From: Coleofasciculus chthonoplastes F2-STO-03
Lineage (GTDB): Bacteria; Cyanobacteriota; Cyanobacteriia; Cyanobacteriales; Coleofasciculaceae
Direction: 5' to 3'
Length of the DNA stretch: 53,433 bases
NCBI GenBank assembly: GCA_040222015.1
Contig: JAVJWO010000105.1
Coordinates: 1-53,433 of the forward strand
The notes under the pieces are model-generated. The model did no database searches and was not told where the DNA came from. It worked only from the letters and a program-made list of their open reading frames with translations. How positions within the stretch are numbered: position 1 is the stretch's first letter; every line of letters starts with the position of its first letter. The translations under genes and the position numbers were made by a program. Positions 49,828-53,433 of this stretch are shown here, in pieces.

Positions 49828-50922
49828 TTAACCCCCAACAGCAGCTAGGGTAGTGGGTTCAGCAGGCGTCGGCTCTTGTTCTCCCAGACGATTATGATAA
49901 AGGTCAGCTAAACGATGTTCATAGTCTGCCAACTCCTTTTCAATCTGAGTAAACAGCACCGTTGAGGTGGGATCGGTGAATTGTTTCCGCAGATTATAGG
50001 CATCGACAACACCGGTTTGAATGTCACCCAATGCATGGCGTAAAATTGATAAACTATCGTTGGGTTGCAGCCAATTTTGTAAGGCAGCATAAGCATCTGT
50101 CGCCACTTCCGGAATCGATTCAAATGCCTGCAAATCTCTCAAACGATTCTCCAGCATAATAATATGATGCTGCTTATTTTCGATGATTTCTTGCAGTAGC
50201 GATCGCAACTCTAAATCAGTGGCTTTTTGGGCATAATACTCAAAGGCTTTTCGCCCATATCGTTCCCCGGCTAAGGCAGTATTCAATCCATTCACAATAT
50301 CAAGCTTGCTACTCCCCCCCCAAGCTTCGGCTAATTGCCACCATTGAGCCGTCATATCCGTTTCATCGGGTAAGGCTTGATCGGGAATCCCTAACCCTAA
50401 GCGGGTGAGAATTGCCGTGGTAAATATTGCCAAATCACCGGGTTGACGAGAGGTAATCAGATTCCCATCCACGACTAAGGGTTCATCCACATAGTTAGCC
50501 CCCGCGTTGGTCATATCCTTGCGAATCGAGAGAAATCCGGTAGCATTTTTGCCATGAAGTAAATCCCCTTCAATTAACACTTGGGGACCATGGCAAACCG
50601 CCGCGACGAGTTTATTCAACTCCATTGCCTTTTGCACAAATTGGACGGCATTAGGGTTATTTCGCATCGTATCCGGTGCCATTCCACCTGGGATAATTAC
50701 GGCATCAAAGGTGTCTGGACGGGTTTCGGTGACTGTACCATCCGGTTTAATCGAAACTTTGCCTTGTTTCCCCTGATAGGTGTCATTCATGCGCGAACCC
50801 AGAACCACAACCTGCGCCCCCGCTTGTTGCAGCGCTTGATAAGGAATTTGAAATTCGGCATCTTCAAACTTCTGGTCGATCAGAATGGCAACTTTTTTGG
50901 GTGTATTATCGGTTATCATCAT
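49828..50922 (-). CDS. DJ-1/PfpI family protein fused to a ferritin-like (DUF2383-like) domain; probable start 50922 (ORF extends to 51027)
   Basis: FEDAE, IPGG, AVCHGP, DGNLITSR; helical C-domain LNTALAGE...E..H. Confidence 0.85.
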   Translation of the reverse strand: MMITDNTPKKVAILIDQKFEDAEFQIPYQALQQAGAQVVVLGSRMNDTYQGKQGKVSIKPDGTVTETRPDTFDAVIIPGGMAPDTMRNNPNAVQFVQKAMELNKLVAAVCHGPQVLIEGDLLHGKNATGFLSIRKDMTNAGANYVDEPLVVDGNLITSRQPGDLAIFTTAILTRLGLGIPDQALPDETDMTAQWWQLAEAWGGSSKLDIVNGLNTALAGERYGRKAFEYYAQKATDLELRSLLQEIIENKQHHIIMLENRLRDLQAFESIPEVATDAYAALQNWLQPNDSLSILRHALGDIQTGVVDAYNLRKQFTDPTSTVLFTQIEKELADYEHRLADLYHNRLGEQEPTPAEPTTLAAVGG

Positions 50923-51128
50923 TGGAATTGTTAACGACTTTATTACTTGATCGAAGGTAGAATTTTTCTTGGGTATTCTTTCCGCCACGAAAATTCTACG
51001 GGCTAAACAGGTAGTATTGATAAGCATTTTCAGCTTAGGAATGACTCATAGAGATGTCATCCCTCAAAAGAAATAAATTAGGATTCGCTCTGGGGTAATA
51101 AACTGATGTGCCTGCGAAAGGCTAAGCT

Positions 51129-51563
51129 GTGAGTGCGGATAGTAATATACAAGCCAATATGGAACCTGAAAACATTAACAAATCTCAGTCCAACCCCCTA
51201 TCAGAATCAGGCACACGTAAGGAAACCAACGAAATAGAACCGACTTATGAGGGACTGAGCGATCGCGACACGGCCGATGGTAGACTAATTGAAGAATCGA
51301 GAAATCGTATGGCAAGCGGTGAACCCACCACGAGCGATGTTGATGCCAACCTCTACCAGGCAAAAGTAGGCGGTGAGGAAGCCGTTGGCGGTTTAACGCC
51401 CACGCCGGAGCAAAATGTGACCCAGGAGATGGAGCGAGCCGTTGGTGTCGAAGGCGCTCAAAAAGAACCAGTGCAAGTCACCAATAAGCTCGAACGACGG
51501 GATGAGCAGCGCTGGGAATTAGATCCGAAGTCCTCTGAAGATTATCAAGAACACGGCGTCTAG
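51129..51563 (+). CDS. DUF6335-like small acidic protein
   Basis: DVDA..YQA..GEEAVGG..PTPEQNV...A.G and RRDEQRWELDPKS motifs. Confidence 0.7.
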   Translation: MSADSNIQANMEPENINKSQSNPLSESGTRKETNEIEPTYEGLSDRDTADGRLIEESRNRMASGEPTTSDVDANLYQAKVGGEEAVGGLTPTPEQNVTQEMERAVGVEGAQKEPVQVTNKLERRDEQRWELDPKSSEDYQEHGV

Positions 51564-51625
51564 ACTGTTAATCAGTAGGGGTTGCTGAATCAATAGTGTG
51601 GGGAGGGGAGGGGAGGGAACAGCAA

Positions 51626-51657
51626 GTAGGTTGGGTAGAGCGTAAGCGTTACCCAAC
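51626..51657 (+). repeat. GTAGGTTGGG-type REP element
   Basis: GTAGGTTGGGTAGAGCGTAAGCGTTACCCAAC between convergent genes. Confidence 0.75.
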
Positions 51658-51681
51658 AGGCTAACTGTAGTTAACCCGGAT

Positions 51682-53121
51682 TTAGGATTCAGCGCTAATC
51701 GTATGAATCTTGAGCAAGTTAGTCCCGCCTGAGACTTTTGCCGGAATCCCAGCGATAATTAAAATTTTATCTCCTTCTACCACTAAATTCCGTTTGAGTA
51801 ACTGAGTTTGGGCTTGATTCACTAACTCTTCAAAAGACTCAACTTCTTGCTCGATTAACAGTGGTTTAACCCCCCAAACTAAATTCAAGTTGTGGTAAAC
51901 TTCCCGATTAGGAGTCAGAGCAATTACAGGCACTCCTGGACGCTCAGCGGCGGCTAGTTTGGCGGTGTGTCCTGTACTGGTGAACGCCGCAATACAGCGC
52001 AAATCCAGGATTTTATCAATCGTGTTCAGCGCTTCACTTAGGGCATTGGCTTCACTGGTTGCGGCTGGGGGATAATTAACAAACTTAATTTCTGGTTCCA
52101 CATCCGTGGCAATACGGGCTAGCATCGTCACCGCTTTAAGTGGATATTTACCTACGGCTGACTCCCCAGAAAGCATCACCGCATCCGTGCCATCGATAAT
52201 CGCATTAGCCACATCACTGGCTTCAGCACGAGTCGGACGGGGATTATTAATCATGCTATCGAGCATTTGGGTGGCTGTGATTGCCGGAATCCCCTTTTGG
52301 TTACAAATCCGAATAATTTTCTTTTGCAGAAACGGCACTTTTTCCGGACTCATTTCTACACCCAAATCGCCCCGTGCGACCATGATCCCGTCACTTTCAT
52401 TAATAATGGCTTCTAAATTCGCGATCGCTTGAGGTTTTTCGATTTTGGCAATCACGGGTAGGGATGAGGCATTGTGTTGCTGGAGAAATCCTTTGAGAGT
52501 ACGAATATCTTCGGCAGAACGTACAAAGCTTAAGGACACCCAGTCAACCCCTTGAGCAATGCCAAATTCTAAATCTTGTCGGTCTTTGTCTGTCATAGAG
52601 GGTAGGCGATTTAGGCTCAATCCGGGTAGGTTAACCCCTTTACGGCTTTTGAGTATACCGCCTTCGACGACTTGACATTTAACGGTATTGCCGTCAATTT
52701 CCTCAACCCGAAGTTCTAAAAGTCCATCATCCAGCAGAATCTGCACTCCGGGTTCTGCTTCTTGAGCCAGGTGGGGATAGTCGATAGCAACGGTTTTCGC
52801 TTGATGATTGAATTCAGAAAGGGGAACGAAGGAAATGGATTCTCCTTGAACCAAGTTAAGTCCTGCATCGGGCAGTTTCCCGACTCGAATTTTCGGTCCT
52901 TGTAGGTCTTGGAGTAACGTAATCGGTGTATCTAATTCCTCTTCAATAGAACGTAGCAAAGAAATGGTGTGAGCATGGTCATCGTAGCTACCATGGGAGA
53001 AGTTTAACCGTGCCACATTCATTCCTGCTTGCACCATTTGCTTGAGGATGTCGGGTGAATTACTCGCCGGACCAATAGTGGCAACGATTTTAGTGCGATT
53101 ACTTAGAGGTTTCATTATCAA
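51682..53121 (-). CDS. pyk: Pyruvate kinase (short form without PEP-utiliser domain)
   Basis: [50 protein letters not shown]. Confidence 0.97.
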   Translation of the reverse strand: MIMKPLSNRTKIVATIGPASNSPDILKQMVQAGMNVARLNFSHGSYDDHAHTISLLRSIEEELDTPITLLQDLQGPKIRVGKLPDAGLNLVQGESISFVPLSEFNHQAKTVAIDYPHLAQEAEPGVQILLDDGLLELRVEEIDGNTVKCQVVEGGILKSRKGVNLPGLSLNRLPSMTDKDRQDLEFGIAQGVDWVSLSFVRSAEDIRTLKGFLQQHNASSLPVIAKIEKPQAIANLEAIINESDGIMVARGDLGVEMSPEKVPFLQKKIIRICNQKGIPAITATQMLDSMINNPRPTRAEASDVANAIIDGTDAVMLSGESAVGKYPLKAVTMLARIATDVEPEIKFVNYPPAATSEANALSEALNTIDKILDLRCIAAFTSTGHTAKLAAAERPGVPVIALTPNREVYHNLNLVWGVKPLLIEQEVESFEELVNQAQTQLLKRNLVVEGDKILIIAGIPAKVSGGTNLLKIHTISAES

Positions 53122-53179
53122 TTATCTCTAAATTGTGGTAGGGGCACGGCAATGCAGTGCCCTATTATTTATCTAATTC

Positions 53180-53433
53180 GGCAAGAAGACCCTCACTTGA
53201 GCGTGATGGGATGAATTGCCAGAGATGCTATAATCAAAATGGTTTGAATCCCCTCGGTGGGCGGTAGTGAAGGGCTTTTTAAGCGGCACCCTAGCACCGG
53301 AAAGTCTGCAAAAGTGGCAAAAAAGTTGGGTAGCGAAAACCAAGTAAAACATAGCGCAGTAAGTCTTCAACAAGGCTGAATGAATAAGAAAGAAACTTGG
53401 GAGTAATCCCCGTACCGTGGGGCGCACGGAAAC
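53180..53433 (+). mobile_element. Probable non-autonomous IS200/IS605-derived element (left end plus ncRNA-like body), truncated by the window edge
   Basis: GGCAAGAAGA-CCCTCAC-TTGAGC-GTGATGGG-ATGAATTGCC left-end-like hairpin, TGCTATAAT promoter, and ACCGTGGGGCGCACGGAAAC typical of tnpB 3'/omegaRNA regions. Confidence 0.5.

Noticed and set aside
53173..53427. 84-aa minus-strand ORF
   Set aside because: No protein motifs; better explained as the opposite strand of an IS-derived non-coding element

Overview
53.4-kb chromosomal window from a filamentous cyanobacterium. Evidence: frequent HIP1 GCGATCGC octamers, heptamer/nonamer STRR tracts, GTAG-type palindromic repeats, ldpA, ycf66 and a CAAD-containing IleRS; a Coleofasciculus/Microcoleus-like Oscillatoriales host is my inference. 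The window opens in the 3' end of an IS200/IS605 tnpB element that has interrupted an LD-carboxypeptidase-like gene, followed by a DUF4388 gene and ilvB. A defence-like accessory tract (about 4-20 kb) surrounds comM: ABC-type ATPase + DUF4276/TOPRIM-like pair, two paralogous TPR genes, a tightly coupled TIGR04255 / Xre-type HTH / PemK-MazF-like three-gene operon (best candidate for an undescribed tripartite toxin-antitoxin or defence system), a C5-methyltransferase + putative restriction endonuclease, a broken ATPase and an Rpn-like gene. Core genes follow (ycf66, ileS, tRNA-Gln, ycf45-like ATPase, ldpA), then an ETR1-like (ethylene-receptor-type) hybrid kinase, a two-component system + three glycosyltransferases + ABC exporter + APH-like kinase + porin cluster, yebC, a Tat alpha-carbonic anhydrase, a PfpI-ferritin-like fusion, DUF6335 and pyk. 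The right edge holds a probable non-autonomous IS200/IS605 derivative. No CRISPR array, rRNA or reverse transcriptase was seen. All family assignments come from motif recognition by eye; no searches were run.
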